A stretch of DNA of 28,422 nucleotides from Octopus sinensis (lineage: Eukaryota). Below the pieces are notes generated by a model that worked only from the letters and a program-made list of their open reading frames with translations, was not told the DNA's origin and ran no database searches. Within the stretch, counting starts at the first letter, position 1; the number at the start of each line of letters is the position of its first letter. The translations under genes and the position numbers were made by a program. The stretch lies in assembly GCF_006345805.1 (NCBI RefSeq), contig NW_021833558.1:1-28422 (forward strand). The letters are read 5' to 3'. Shown here in pieces: positions 1 through 11,633 of this stretch.

Positions 1-697
1 TCTGAAAATGAATATACACTTGAAAATTTTATGACTAGGATGTCTTTTTTTAATTTAAAAAATTTCTTTTAATTTTTGGTCAGATTTTGAATTTTATAGC
101 AACCGTTTTACAAACTAAATTTAGATAGAAAAAACTAAATATGGTTTGACAAAATGATTTGCTTGTAAGTTTTATGTGACACTTTGAACGAGGCTTAGAA
201 TCTCTATTGAAGAAAAATTGATCTAAGGACTATTATTTGACATAAAAACATGATATTACATGCAAGAGTGTTTCTGCTATTCCTTAGTCCGAAACGTTAT
301 AATAAAACTTACTTAGGTCAAAAGATACAAATTTTCTCTGAATTTTCCGATACTCTTAGATTATAAACTGTTTCGGGAATTAAAGAATATGGTGTTACTT
401 GGTCAAATCAATTAAAAGAAAGTTAGCCTTGTAAAATACTGAAAACTTAAGAAGTTTTTAAAAATTGTCGAAATGATTTGTGAATGTTTACAAATCCCAC
501 GTGGAAAGGTTCATGCAGTTTTATCTTTAGAAATTTTTGTACGCGATGCAAGAAAACAGTTAACCATGTGCGATCAGAATACATAAAGGAATTGAAGAAT
601 TTCTGAATTCTCATTCATTCTTAAACGAAAGAAAATTAAAAGCGCATTAAGTGCAAACAGTTTAATGAATAAATTTGCTGTAATGAAGGTATTTATA

Positions 698-1218
698 CAG
701 TGGGGCAAATAAGTCATGGAAAGCTTATCTTTTTAGTCGGATGAATCAAAAATATAACTTTACGGACTGAACTACACGTGTTCAATTTGGCGTAAATCCG
801 ATAGGCGTATAACCAAAAAAACATCATATCCACCATAAAACACGGAGGAGGAAGTATCATGCTGTGGGGTTGTTTTTCATCAATAGGCGTCGGTGAATTA
901 ATTTTATTAGACGGAATAATGAATTTGCTCAAATATTGCAAAATCATAGAAGAATGCTTGTTTCGTTCGGTCCCTAAATTAAATTTAACACAACAATGGA
1001 CATTCTAGAATGACAAAGACCCAAAAAATAAGTCAAAAATGATTGTCGAATGGACACTAAGGAACAAAATAAATGTTTTGGAATGGCCATGTCAATCACC
1101 AGACCTCAATCCAATCGAATATTTATGAAAATTTTTAAAAATGAAAGTTGGATTAAGGAAACCGAAAAATATTCAAGAATTGAGAACAATTTGCTATGAA
1201 GAATGGGAAAATATTACT
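698..1218 (+). mobile_element. Tc1-family DNA transposon remnant (left TIR plus degraded, internally deleted transposase)
   Basis: TA|CAGTGGGGCAAATAAGT at 696-714 is a Tc1-type terminus. The + strand gives [40 protein letters not shown] and PKNIQELRTICYEEWENI with stops and frameshifts. No right TIR; cut at ~1219 by a retroelement. Confidence 0.9.
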
Positions 1219-1423
1219 CACCTGCCTTTTTGTCCCCCTGGCTTTCGAGGCGAGTGGGATAATCGCCCCAAAAGCCCTGGAGTTCCTTTCGGAGATCGGC
1301 TTGATGATCTCGAGGAAGAGTCACGAGAGACGTGAGTCTAGCTGGCTTTTTCAGCGCATTTCGCTTGCGATATTGCGCGGAAACTGCCTGTCTATTCGCT
1401 CGTCCTCTCAATCAAAGAATTAA
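1219..1423 (+). mobile_element. 5'-truncated CRE-clade non-LTR retrotransposon (C-terminal RLE domain), copy 1
   Basis: GC-richer block translating CLFVPLAFEASGIIAPKALEFLSEIG...RRESSWLFQRISLAILRGNCLSI*, the typical CRE RLE C-terminus (FxPxxxExxG...QRxSxAxxRGN). Confidence 0.85.
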
Positions 1424-2175
1424 CTTGGATGAATTATAATTTAATTTTATAACAATAATTGATTAACTCGATGTTATGTACCAAAAATTTTTAACCTACA
1501 AAAATTTCAGAAGCTTATTTATTCTTCCAAAAAAATTGGAAGCGTAGTTTGTAGTAAAAAAGAATAAATTTAATTGAAAAATCCATATGAATGAAGATTA
1601 ATTAATCAATAAATGAATACAAATTCACTTACTATGTGACTGATCGAACATTTATAGAAAATTTTAAAAATGGAAGTTGATTTAAAGAAACCGAAACCAG
1701 AGTTATTTGTATTTTATAAAAAAATTACATTTTGAAGGCTGAAACATTTTTTCAAAAAACTCAAAAATGGTAAGAGAATAAAATTCTATTAACTGAAGAT
1801 CTAGAAATGAAAAAACGCGTTTAAATCAATTTTATCCTAATAGTACTCATTCTGAAATTCGAATTTATTAAATATCAGAAAAAAATGCATATTTTAGGTA
1901 GTAACAACAAAGAAAACCCTTTCAAGAAAAATTATCACAAATAAAAAAATCGATCTAATAGTTTTAATCGGGAAAGGATATCTACGATCCAAGAATAATA
2001 AAATAAATACACATTTTCGAAATGTAATTTAAATGCATCCAGTCAATTAGCAAGCTTTCGTTCTTGATAAGCTAATGAAGCAATTATTTATAATCTAATA
2101 TTAAAAAAATTTTTTAATCATGATTTTTTTCTAGTTAAATATATAAATGATTACGTTTTAAATAAATTAATATAG

Positions 2176-2666
2176 CGGGTTATTCTCTCTTGTTGTCGTA
2201 TGGTTCTATGGATAATCTAACTGAATTCAACGCTGAAGAATTAAATGTAAAAAATGAATATTATTTTTAGCTAGATTCGTCAATTGAAGAAACGTCGGGA
2301 GTTGGAAAAACATATATTGCAGATACAAGTTCATCAAATCTGATCTCCTTTACATCGAAAAATAAAGTAGCTTATTTTATTTTTTTTTTTTTATTTTTTT
2401 TTTTAAGGAAGTTAATTTATTAAGACCGAAGCTTATTTAATACCTGATTCAAAGTCTATTCCAATAATCAAAAAAACTATTTTTGAAGGCGGGGGTGAAT
2501 TGATGTCCTCTAGCAATACTAGTTTAGATACTATAGAGGTCGCATCTGAAAAACTTCGACTTATAGAAGCGGCTTATAAATACAAAATTCAAGTTTTTGT
2601 ATTTTGAACTGTAAAGTTTAGATTTTGACTGATATGTGCAATGAAAAAAAATTGAAAGTTAAATAA
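2176..2666 (+). CDS. Possible 3' part of a spliced gene or pseudogene, unknown product
   Basis: Frame stays open across GT-AG segments 2247-2270 (24 nt), 2367-2424 (58 nt, poly-T) and 2593-2621 (29 nt): ...MDNLTEFNAEELN|LDSSIEETSGVGKTY...|TEAYLIPD...KIQ|ILTDMCNEKKLKVK*. No homology recognised; 5' part not resolved. Confidence 0.3.
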
Positions 2667-2778
2667 TTTTAATGTTTACTTGATGTAATAAAAATCATTC
2701 TCTCATTATTTTTTACGTAGTTTTCTGCACAAAAATATTTAGAACTGATTTAGTGATTTTCAAAAATTATTACAATAT

Positions 2779-3141
2779 CGCCCCGACTTTATTCCCGTTC
2801 AGGGAGGGAATGGCACTCGTGTGGGATGCTACCTGCATAGACTCATTTTCCTCATCGTTGGTTGACTCCGCTTCTCGTCCTGGTTCTGCATCTGCTTTTG
2901 TCGAATCTAGGAAAACTGCAAAATATGGCTCTTTGACCGATACCTGCTGCTCATTCCTCTGGCTTTCGAGACCAGTGGGATAATTGGACCCAAAGCCCTC
3001 AAACTCCTCTCAGAGATTGGCTTAATCATCTCGAGGAGAAGTCACCACAGTCGTGAAACGAGCTGGCTTTTTCAGCGGATATCGTTCGCGATATTACGTG
3101 GAAATTCCCTGTCCATCCGCTCGGTGACTCATCTAATTTAG
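2779..3141 (+). mobile_element. 5'-truncated CRE-clade retrotransposon RLE tail, copy 2
   Basis: RPD..LFPFREGMALVWDATCIDSFS...ESRKTAKY, then (frameshift) PLAFETSGIIGPKALKLLSEIG...RETSWLFQRISFAILRGNSLSI. Visibly similar in DNA to 1219-1423. Confidence 0.88.
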
Positions 3142-3961
3142 TTAACTTCTCTAATAATTTTACTAAACTTAACTGAGCAATAACCTATTTATTTAACGAA
3201 ATGAAATTGAGCATTTATTAAATTCATTTAACAAAAAAATTTTTTAATCAAGAATGTGTCATGTAATCGGTAATTTTAGGCTAAAAAATAGACCATTATT
3301 TACGAATAATATTTTTTGAACTTTTAATGTAGAGTTGGACAAATTATTGACAGAGCAATTTGATTATTTTTTTAATTGATCGAAAATAAAGCCATAATTA
3401 ATTAGCAATATTTTTACTTATTGCATTCATTTTTTATTATATTCAAAAGAATAATTCAAATTGTTCGATTTTTCCAGATTTGGAATTTTTAAAATAATTG
3501 GTTTTAAATCGAATGATTTAATTTCTATGGTTGATTTATATTATTTATGCAAAGAATAACACACATCATACCCATTTTATCAATATAGTATTTCGATAGC
3601 TATAGTTACCCGTGAGAAGAATGGTATAAAGCCTTAGGACGATTCAGAGCCATGCTTCCCTTATTTAAAAATCCGATACCAAGGAACCATAAAAACTAGA
3701 CTCTCCGTGCCTCTCATAAGAATACAATTTCAATAAACAAAATATCGGACAATCGAGAATATGCTATTCCTATAAAAAATGTCCATTTAAATACTTATGA
3801 TAACAGCATTTCAAAAATTTTAAACTATGAAACTTACTAATATCTTCAATATATTAATGAGGTTCTAGACTTAATGGCTGGTTAATAAGTTTTGAATTTG
3901 AACTTTTATTGATTTCCCTTGTCTTTGTTAGGATTTTAATTTAAAAATCATAAAGTTATTT

Positions 3962-4435
3962 TTAGTTTTTGTATTCGTAATTTGTTCTATTTTGTTGTAT
4001 CAACCTCATCCTTTTATGGCCCACGTTCAGTGCACGGATGGGCAGATTCATGTCAACGCGGAGTCTGAATTCAGGGACTACCTCCTCAACAAACATCGAT
4101 AACCCGCTTCTCGTCTGGCTTGCATGCTCTCTAAGGTCTTCCGCAACACCATTGTCTGGATATATGTCTTCACCATGTCTTCCACTCTGTGCGCCTCCAG
4201 ATGGTTCTTGAAGTTTGAGACAATTTTGTGAAGTGATCCTCACCTTGATAAGTTTAATTGTGTTGCTCGATTTTTTGTGAACAAATATGTCGGGTTTGTT
4301 ATCTGAAATAGCATTATCCGTCGGAAAGTTTGTCTCAATTCGCATTTCCACAAAGTCCTTGGTGGTAACAGATTGAACTGAATAGGTTTTTAATTTTTTA
4401 GACTTCTTATCTTATATTTGCCGCATAGATGCAGG
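3962..4435 (-). mobile_element. RLE-type non-LTR retrotransposon 3' fragment (R4/NeSL-like)
   Basis: Minus strand: LHLCGKYK..KSKKLKTYSVQSVTTKDFVEMRIET...NKPDIFVHKK...IKLIKVRITSQ, a degraded PD-(D/E)xK RLE motif. Internally deleted; a different family from the CRE copies. Confidence 0.7.
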
Positions 4436-4600
4436 TAATTACTATTAAAAATGTAATTAGAACTTTTTCAAAGTTAATTGTTTTGAAAAAATTAGTTTTT
4501 AGCAATTTATTATATGAAAACCACAATGTGGAATCTAACCAAAACTTGTCAGCATTTTTTAACATTAAAGTTTGGTTTTATTTTAGGAGACATTTCAAAA

Positions 4601-4820
4601 TTAATTAAGAAAATTTAACCGGTCCGAAGTGGACCCCGCCAACATAATTGACGTTGCGTTGCCTCTCACGATAGCAACGGAGATCAACTGGAGAAGCCAC
4701 CGGGTCTCACGTGTGTCGTGGCTTTTTAATGTGGCTAAGCGTCCAAGCTTCTTTAGGAAGCGAAGCGATTTCCCACTTATTCCTCCAGTTGTCTCGACCA
4801 CAATCGGACAGAACACAAAT
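4601..4820 (-). mobile_element. 5'-truncated CRE-clade RLE tail, copy 3 (divergent subfamily)
   Basis: VFCPIVVETTGGISGKSLRFLKKLGRLATLKSHDTRETRWLLQLISVAIVRGNATSI. Confidence 0.85.
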
Positions 4821-5134
4821 CGTTATCGTTTTAGATATCGATATCGTTTTAGGAGACAATCTATATCGTTTTAAATAAAAATCTTTAATGAAAAAAAATT
4901 TAACAAGATCGAGAATCTTCAACAATATAATTTATCATTTTTTAGAGTTTTTTTAATTTGAACATAAGAAAATTGTAAAATTTCGAAATAAAAATATCGA
5001 TATCATTTACTAATCTGAGATTGTATAAGTTACATTCCCTTTGTTGCGTAAAATCTAATTTATCAATCGTAATTCAAATTGAAAACATTAAATTAATTTT
5101 TAATATTAAAATATTTGTTTAGATATTACCAAAA

Positions 5135-6022
5135 TCACTCTATAACCTCCTCGACTATTCCCAAAGCTAACATGATTAGGCAACCCAAAAAAGTAAGACC
5201 GACAGCAACACACTTTTTACAAAGGTCGTCACTGTTAATGTCGCTTGATTGGATCCAGCGAAAGAAAATAACTTCAAATAGTATTCCTGCTGCAATTGTA
5301 TTAATAACGATTGTAGCGATAGAAGAATTTATCATAGATAAATTTCCAGTAATTAGAGAACCGCAAAAAATTCCGAAGAGAGGAGCACCAATAAAAATTA
5401 TTGCAAAAAATAAGTGATAAATTTTTGCTATTTTTGTTAATCGAACAGCTTTTCCGCCGACTGTTACGGAAACAAAAATACGATGTCCAAGAATTGGCAC
5501 AAAAATTGAAAGAAATGAACTGGAATTTGGAGTTATGCCAATCAAAACCCCATCCACGATTGAATGTAAAAATAATGCTATGATAAATGGAATAAAATCT
5601 GCTAAATTTTCATTGTTTGACAACTTATCTTCTTTTGATTCAATTTCAAAATTTAATTCGCATGCTATATTGTTCTTAATGGACTTTTTATTCAAAATCC
5701 ATTTAATAATTCCATTTACCAAAACGGCTGAAAATATTGTAAAAATGAATATTATAGGAACAATGTTAAACTTTTTCAATTCTTCAAAACTCTGATCGAT
5801 TTCAGTTATTTTATAAAATTCTTTTTGCGACTCAGGAACAAGTTCACAAAATATTAAGCCGATCATTAAACCCTCGACAAAGAAAGAAAAGTATTTTTCA
5901 GCAGATTTCGGGAATTTAAATTTTTTCCCAAGTTTTAAAATTTTCATTAGGTATGGAATGAAATAAAAAACTCCTGTTATGCAGAATATTGCGGCCATCA
6001 GCTGTAGTTTAAAAAGTTCCAT
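5135..6022 (-). CDS. ZIP (SLC39) family metal transporter, 295 aa, intronless
   Basis: Multiple hydrophobic segments, GLMIGLIFCELVPES (TM2), a long loop, ALFLHSIVDGVLIG (TM4 signature), GHRIF (TM5) and AAGILF (TM7). Confidence 0.85.
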   Translation of the reverse strand: MELFKLQLMAAIFCITGVFYFIPYLMKILKLGKKFKFPKSAEKYFSFFVEGLMIGLIFCELVPESQKEFYKITEIDQSFEELKKFNIVPIIFIFTIFSAVLVNGIIKWILNKKSIKNNIACELNFEIESKEDKLSNNENLADFIPFIIALFLHSIVDGVLIGITPNSSSFLSIFVPILGHRIFVSVTVGGKAVRLTKIAKIYHLFFAIIFIGAPLFGIFCGSLITGNLSMINSSIATIVINTIAAGILFEVIFFRWIQSSDINSDDLCKKCVAVGLTFLGCLIMLALGIVEEVIE

Positions 6023-6226
6023 TTTTATTTACAGCTATGTGAAATTACTTAAATCTATTTTCTAATGCGTTAGTTTACCGCAGAATAAATTTCACATTAT
6101 TTTTAATATGAAAATATGTTAAATGCATTTTTTGAATTCTGATATCCGTTTCATAATTTTAGAGTCATTGTGTAATGAGATGTCTATGACGGCGTTACTC
6201 GTCAAACACAATCGGAGCTTCTAGTG

Positions 6227-7526
6227 CAGGGGTGCGCAAGTGCGGCCGCGGGCACAATTAGGTCATCAAGCAACTAATCTTAAATATAATGCTCATAGTG
6301 TTAATTAATCAAGAAAAACCCTAAATAATAATTAAAAATATTCATATTAAATAAAATTCTATTTTTATATAATGGTTAACCTTTATTAAAAGTAATTATC
6401 ATAAACGGCTTAATTTATTTATGTCATTACCTGTTAAAAGACGACGTGCTTTGAATGACGAAAAAAGAAAATTTAATATCAACTGGGAAAGTGAATACTT
6501 CGTAGTCGAAACAGACAACAATAGCATGCAATGCTTATTGTGCCATGAGATTGTGAAAACTATAAAACGGGACAATGCTAAACAACATTTTCAAAGACAT
6601 TTAGACCACCTAGTTGTCAAGTCCATATATCAATAATTTGAATATATCTTTGCAAGGTAAGGACCAAACAATTTGTCGAATGTATAAAAAAAATTAACGA
6701 TTTTATGGATACATGCCGCCTACTGAAGATTCACATAGAAAAAAATGAATTATTTTATTTTCAAAAAGTCAAAAATCTCATTGATGACAAAATAATTAAT
6801 TATGACGATCTTACACCAAATACATTTAATACTATATTCGATTATATTTTGAAACAATTTGAAGAGCGATTTAACGAATTAAAAAAAATTGAACTAAAAC
6901 TTCAATTAACTGCAGCACCACATACTGTTTCGATTGAGAATGCGCCATTGGAATTTCAAATTGAATTAATGAAATTAAAAAATGATTTAATTTTGCAATG
7001 ATTTAATCAGCGACAGATTATCCAAATTTACGTGAAATGGCAAGAAATTATTCTCGTTTTATTCGGATGCACATATTTATGTGAGTCTACATTTTCCAAA
7101 ATGAAATATTTAAAAAGTCAATATAGATCTCGGATAACGGATGCAAACTTAGAGTCATGTTTGCGCATAATGATATCTACCCTACCAGTGCATTTCAATA
7201 AGCTCGCAAAAAATACCAAAGATCCTGGCCGTCATTAGAATAACTTGTATAATACATTTCTTTTATTAATTTTCCTTCTTTCTTATCTTTTGTCCATGAA
7301 ATAATTATTTATTTTAATAATATGATGTCCCTGATGAACGAAAGCATTTCCTGTCCAAGAACTCATTCGGTCTCGATGACAATGGGCAACTTATGCGGGC
7401 ACTTTTAATAATTAAAAAAATTACTATATTAATATCAAAAAAATAATGCAGAAAATGTGCGGCCGTGGAAGAAAAGGAAAAAAACATGCTATGCGGCCGC
7501 AAACCCAAAAAGCTTGCGCACCCCTG
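6227..7526 (+). mobile_element. Non-autonomous hAT (Buster/SPIN, GTF2IRD2-like) transposon, 1300 bp
   Basis: Perfect 14-bp TIR CAGGGGTGCGCAAG and perfect 8-bp TSD TTCTAGTG (6219-6226, 7527-7534). BED-like N-terminus (RKFNINWESEYF..CLLC..HF..H) and dimerisation domain (LFGCTYLCESTFSKMKYLKSQYRSRITDANLESCLRI); catalytic core mostly deleted. Confidence 0.95.
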
Positions 7527-7534
7527 TTCTAGTG

Positions 7535-7606
7535 CAAATAGCCACCGGGAGTCGAACCACGGACCAGAAAGTTGCCAACAAATTCTCAACAACTCAGCTC
7601 CCCGCC
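7535..7606 (-). mobile_element. tRNA-derived SINE head or tRNA pseudogene, interrupted by the hAT element
   Basis: Minus strand GGCGGGGAGCTGAGTTGTT (A-box-like) and GGTTCGACTCC (B box, 7548-7558) at tRNA spacing. The cloverleaf does not close; GC-richer sequence resumes left of the hAT (~6165-6218). Confidence 0.6.
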
Positions 7607-7959
7607 TTTCTTTTTTCTCTTAATCTTGAAAATTGTGTGGCTGACACAACCTTTGTCATGATCAATGACATCGCGAAAGTGGAACATAATCTATAGCATC
7701 GCAAATGTATGTTAGGTGTATTAAAAATTTCAATCTAAATCGTAGGTAATCTTTCTTTTTCCCTCCTATAATTTATCTCAAAGTTAGCCATTATATTTCT
7801 GTCAACATTCAATAGAATTTTTCAAAAACACGCCAGTGCCAAAATTAGTCGAAGTTGCAGCGTACTCTTTATCAGATATTCTCCTTCCATTCCCAGATAA
7901 TAAAATTAAAGTCAGTTATTTATTAAAAATTAATCATAATGTTTTAAGACAAATCTCGG

Positions 7960-10900
7960 TCATATTTCAATTTGTTTAGAAGCAGGTTTACGATAAAATC
8001 GCATTTGTCCGCTTTTTTCAGAAGGTTTGAACGGAGCATGGGAGCCAAATGGTTTAGGTACCGGTATTTCTTCTTGACTATTAGGAATATATGCATTCGG
8101 TCTTTGCACTGCACTAGTATAGGTTCCATCAGGAAGAATATGATTTTGTTCGTCCATATCAATCTACAAATTTGGCCAAATAATTGATACTAATTGCTTT
8201 TCTAATCTTTCTTTCAGAAATCTTGACTGTCTTTCTTTTGCTTTCAGTCTTTCTACCTCAATTTCATTCGACGGAGGAAGTCCCTAGTTGTTAAATATAA
8301 TAAAACTCTACTTGCTCTAAATGTTGATTACATTGATCCAATTCCAATTCACGTTCAATTATTTCTTGACGCATAGTTACTGCTTTTGCCTTATTCATTG
8401 CAAGCTCAGAAACTGTAGCCATTAGTTTACGAGTCTTTTTGGTTAAATCATGTTTAAATTTATTTATCTTAAAATAATAAACATTAGTATATTTACTGTT
8501 TTAGCCAGTTCAAGAGCTGTTCCTTTACTTTTTTCAACGGTAGATGCCACCTGATTTGTATATTCTTCTAGTCGTTCTAAAATCATATTCTTTTCAAGGA
8601 CAATTTCCTCTTTGATCATTAGCTGGTTTTCTAACTATTTTATCATTAAAATAAATAATTTCTACTTGAATTTGTTTTGTAAGACTCTCAAAAGGAGGTC
8701 CCTTTATCATTCGAGTTCTCTTGGGGTCATCAAGATTTTCATGTGCTAAATTCATTTTCTCTACGTATTTTTGAGTTTCGCAGATCTAGAAATTAACATT
8801 AATTTTATACTTGAAGATTGAGAATTTCTTTTTGCTTTTCTAATTTCTTTTTTTCTGGATCTTTTTGTCGTAAAATTTCCAAATTCCTCGCTTCGTTTCT
8901 AGCCAAAATTCTGAGATAATTAATATCATTTGTAAGTTGTGAATAGTTTTTGCATGCGTTAATAAGGACAAGATCTAAAATTGTAATCACAGTCTATTAA
9001 GCCTTGAATGTTAAACTTTTCTTGAAAAATACACAACTCTTCATTTCTTTCAATCAAAGTCACTCCTCTGTTAATTTTAAATTTAAATAGTCAACTTTTC
9101 GTTTCTTTGTCGGACAATTTTTTCATAGCTCCTGCGAATTTCAACCAGTTGCGTTTCAATGTTGTTTATTTCTTTGTTCAGTTTATTTAAATTAGTCTGC
9201 TTTTCAAGTTTTATATCGTCTAGTGATATAATTGCTTTTGTAAGTTTCCAGATTTCTGTTCTTATTGCATCTCGAATTGTTATATTTGTATTTGATTTAA
9301 CTTTAAGTTTTTGTAAATTCCTTTAATTATCAGTAATTAGTACTTTTCTTGTTGAGAGAATGTTGTACGCATAATTCCTAATTCGTTGTCCATTATTTCA
9401 ATTTTATCTCTCATTTCCAGTACTTTCTGTGTAACATTTTGGATTAATCCGACGCATTTATTTCGTTCACTTTCTACTGCCTCATATACTTTCGAAAATG
9501 CTTTTAAACTATATGATTAGAACTTGAGTTTTTACTTATTTTTAATTTGTACATTTTTTCTTCTCGTGTCTTCGAGTAGAAATTGTTTCGTTCTATTTTC
9601 CTCTATAATCTGTTTATATCTGTGTTCAGATTTTAAAAAATCTTTTGCTTTTACTTCTCTTTCAGAGTCCTAAATTATTGATTTTTGATTTTTACGTTAA
9701 TTGTAGCGAGTCTTGCTAATTCGACAACTTCTACCTTGAGACCATTTTCAACATTGAGGAGCACATCAATCTGGTTAATAATATTGTTTAATCGAATTTC
9801 TTCAGTTGAAACAACGTAATTCTGTTATTTTTGATTATAACACGTGTTTACTTTATCTGTAATTAAATTACGAGTGTATTCACATTCCTGTTCTATAATT
9901 TGCTTACGTTTATTGAAAAACGAATCATTTTGATGGACTTCAAAGTGCTATTGAATAATATTTTTATTAAAACATTTTCTTTTGCTCTTTCATAAAGTTT
10001 CAGCAGATTTTCAAATTTATCTTTAGCTGTTCGGACTTCGATGTTTGTTCTTTTCAGTTCTTTATTGGATTTTATAAAAACGGCCTCTTCCTCTGATATT
10101 TTGTTAGTAATCCTGTGTATATTATCAGTTATTTCTTTTATTCGATGTTTAAGTTCCTGTCTGTTGCAATTTAATTAAAAAATGTTAAACTCGGAATCTT
10201 TTTGTTCTTCAATTTCTTGCTCGATGTATTCTATTTTCTTTTGAGCAGAATTAAAGCTGAGATGATGTGTCTCAAGAATAGCTTTCTGGCGTTCTATAGC
10301 AGTTTCTAAATTTGTCCTTTCTTCGTCAATATCATTTAATTTATTTTTCAAAAATTTGTATTCTCCAATAATTTGGTTTAGCTGGTCTGTACTAGCTTCT
10401 GCCAAATCATTTTTATTTCTAATAGATTTTGAGAAATTAAATTTTAAACGAAATTTCTCTTTTTAACTTTTCAACGTCTTTGGTTACATTTCCAATATCC
10501 GTTTTCAGATCTACTATATTGATCTACTTTTTATTATTTCAATAATCAACGATTAAGTTTTCTTTTTGATTTGTTGTTCTTTGTATTTCTTTAGTCATTT
10601 CTGCATTTATATCTTTTTGATTTGAAATAATTTCATTTATTGCGACAATTTCATTTCTTTTGTCCAAAATCTCAGTTTCTGTATTTTCACATTCTTTTTT
10701 GAGATCTTTTATCATCCTTTCCAATTCCTAAATCATTTGGAATTATAAATACATGAGGTTTAGGAGACCTTTCTATTTCTCTTAATAAAATCTTTTTTTC
10801 TTCCTCTAATCTAAAAAATTAAAAATTTTATCAATCACGATTTCATTTTATATTCAACTTCATAGACAGATTCGTTAATTATTTGTGTTTTATTTTGAAA

Positions 10901-11283
10901 CGATAAAAGTTGTTTACGAAGTTGAAGGCTTTCTGTGTTGACTACGTTAGGAAAATCTTCATATTTGTCTAATTGCGCGATATTCTGTTCAATTTTATCG
11001 TTGTAGCGACGAATACAGTTTAGAATACGTGCCTCGTTATTACGTGACCTATATATAAATAATTTGACGAATACGCTTCTAAAATATCTTTGAGTTTTGA
11101 ATATTTTGATTTTAGTTTAGCAGCTTGTGTGGATGTCATTTTTCCGTTTAGATAAAGCTAATGTCAATAAATAAAAACAACTTCGTCGAGTAATTGGAAA
11201 ACTGGCAAACATGATATTCCTGTAAGATCGTCAACTTGCGGAGGTTCTGGAGGCACTGAGGTTAAATATTTGTCTTCTTCCAT
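7960..11283 (-). CDS. CCDC146: Coiled-coil domain-containing protein 146 (MBO2-like, ciliary), ~934 aa, 19 micro-introns
   Basis: C-terminus LPDGTYTSAVQRPNAYIP..IPVPKPFGSHAPFKPSE..QMRFYRKP..KQIEI matches the CCDC146 signature; internal RNEELCIFQEKFNIQ. Reconstructed from ATG 11283 through 23-31 nt introns (e.g. 11158-11181, 11049-11074, 10811-10838, 10728-10752, 10524-10550, 10419-10449, 8975-9002, 8164-8190). Confidence 0.92.
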
Positions 11284-11633
11284 GCCCAAAACATGTGGGA
11301 AATAGTATTTTACTTGTTTATTAAAATTTGTTAGTTTCCTAATAAACCGAGATATGTGTCTCCCTGGAAATTAGGAAAAGCTGAATCATAATTTTATTAA
11401 AATTAAAGAATAAAATTAATGATTTCTTAAATTTACAGAATTAAATATTTAAAATTATTAAAAAATTACTCCTCAATATCAAAATTATTCTTTTACTTTA
11501 TTTTCAACAAAATACTGATTTTTAATAATTCATTTATTTATATTATTTAATTTAATCAATTGTTAATAGTAAATCAATTTTAATTTCAACTTTCTCTGTG
11601 TGTCTGAATAATTTATTTCAAAATATAAGTTCA
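11284..11633. promoter_or_regulatory. Probable shared (divergent) promoter region of CCDC146 and NDUFB7
   Basis: Two start codons 350 bp apart in head-to-head orientation, with a very AT-rich spacer; no specific motif identified. Confidence 0.5.

Noticed and set aside
1-690. Coding frame with in-frame stops (alternative genetic code or editing)
   Set aside because: Stop density is about what random AT-rich DNA gives, and the real genes here end in TAA, TAG and TGA normally.
4818-4872. ATCGTTTT/ATATCG repeats as a CRE target site
   Set aside because: Not seen at the junctions of the other four CRE copies.
5115-5795. Plus-strand ORFs of 60-100 aa
   Set aside because: Antisense shadows of the ZIP gene.
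7325-7365. Hammerhead ribozyme (CTGATGA-AC-GAAA)
   Set aside because: Core nucleotides are present, but there is no stem II and no complementary arms for stems I or III.
7535-7606. Functional tRNA gene
   Set aside because: Acceptor and anticodon stems do not pair properly; kept only as a SINE head or pseudogene.
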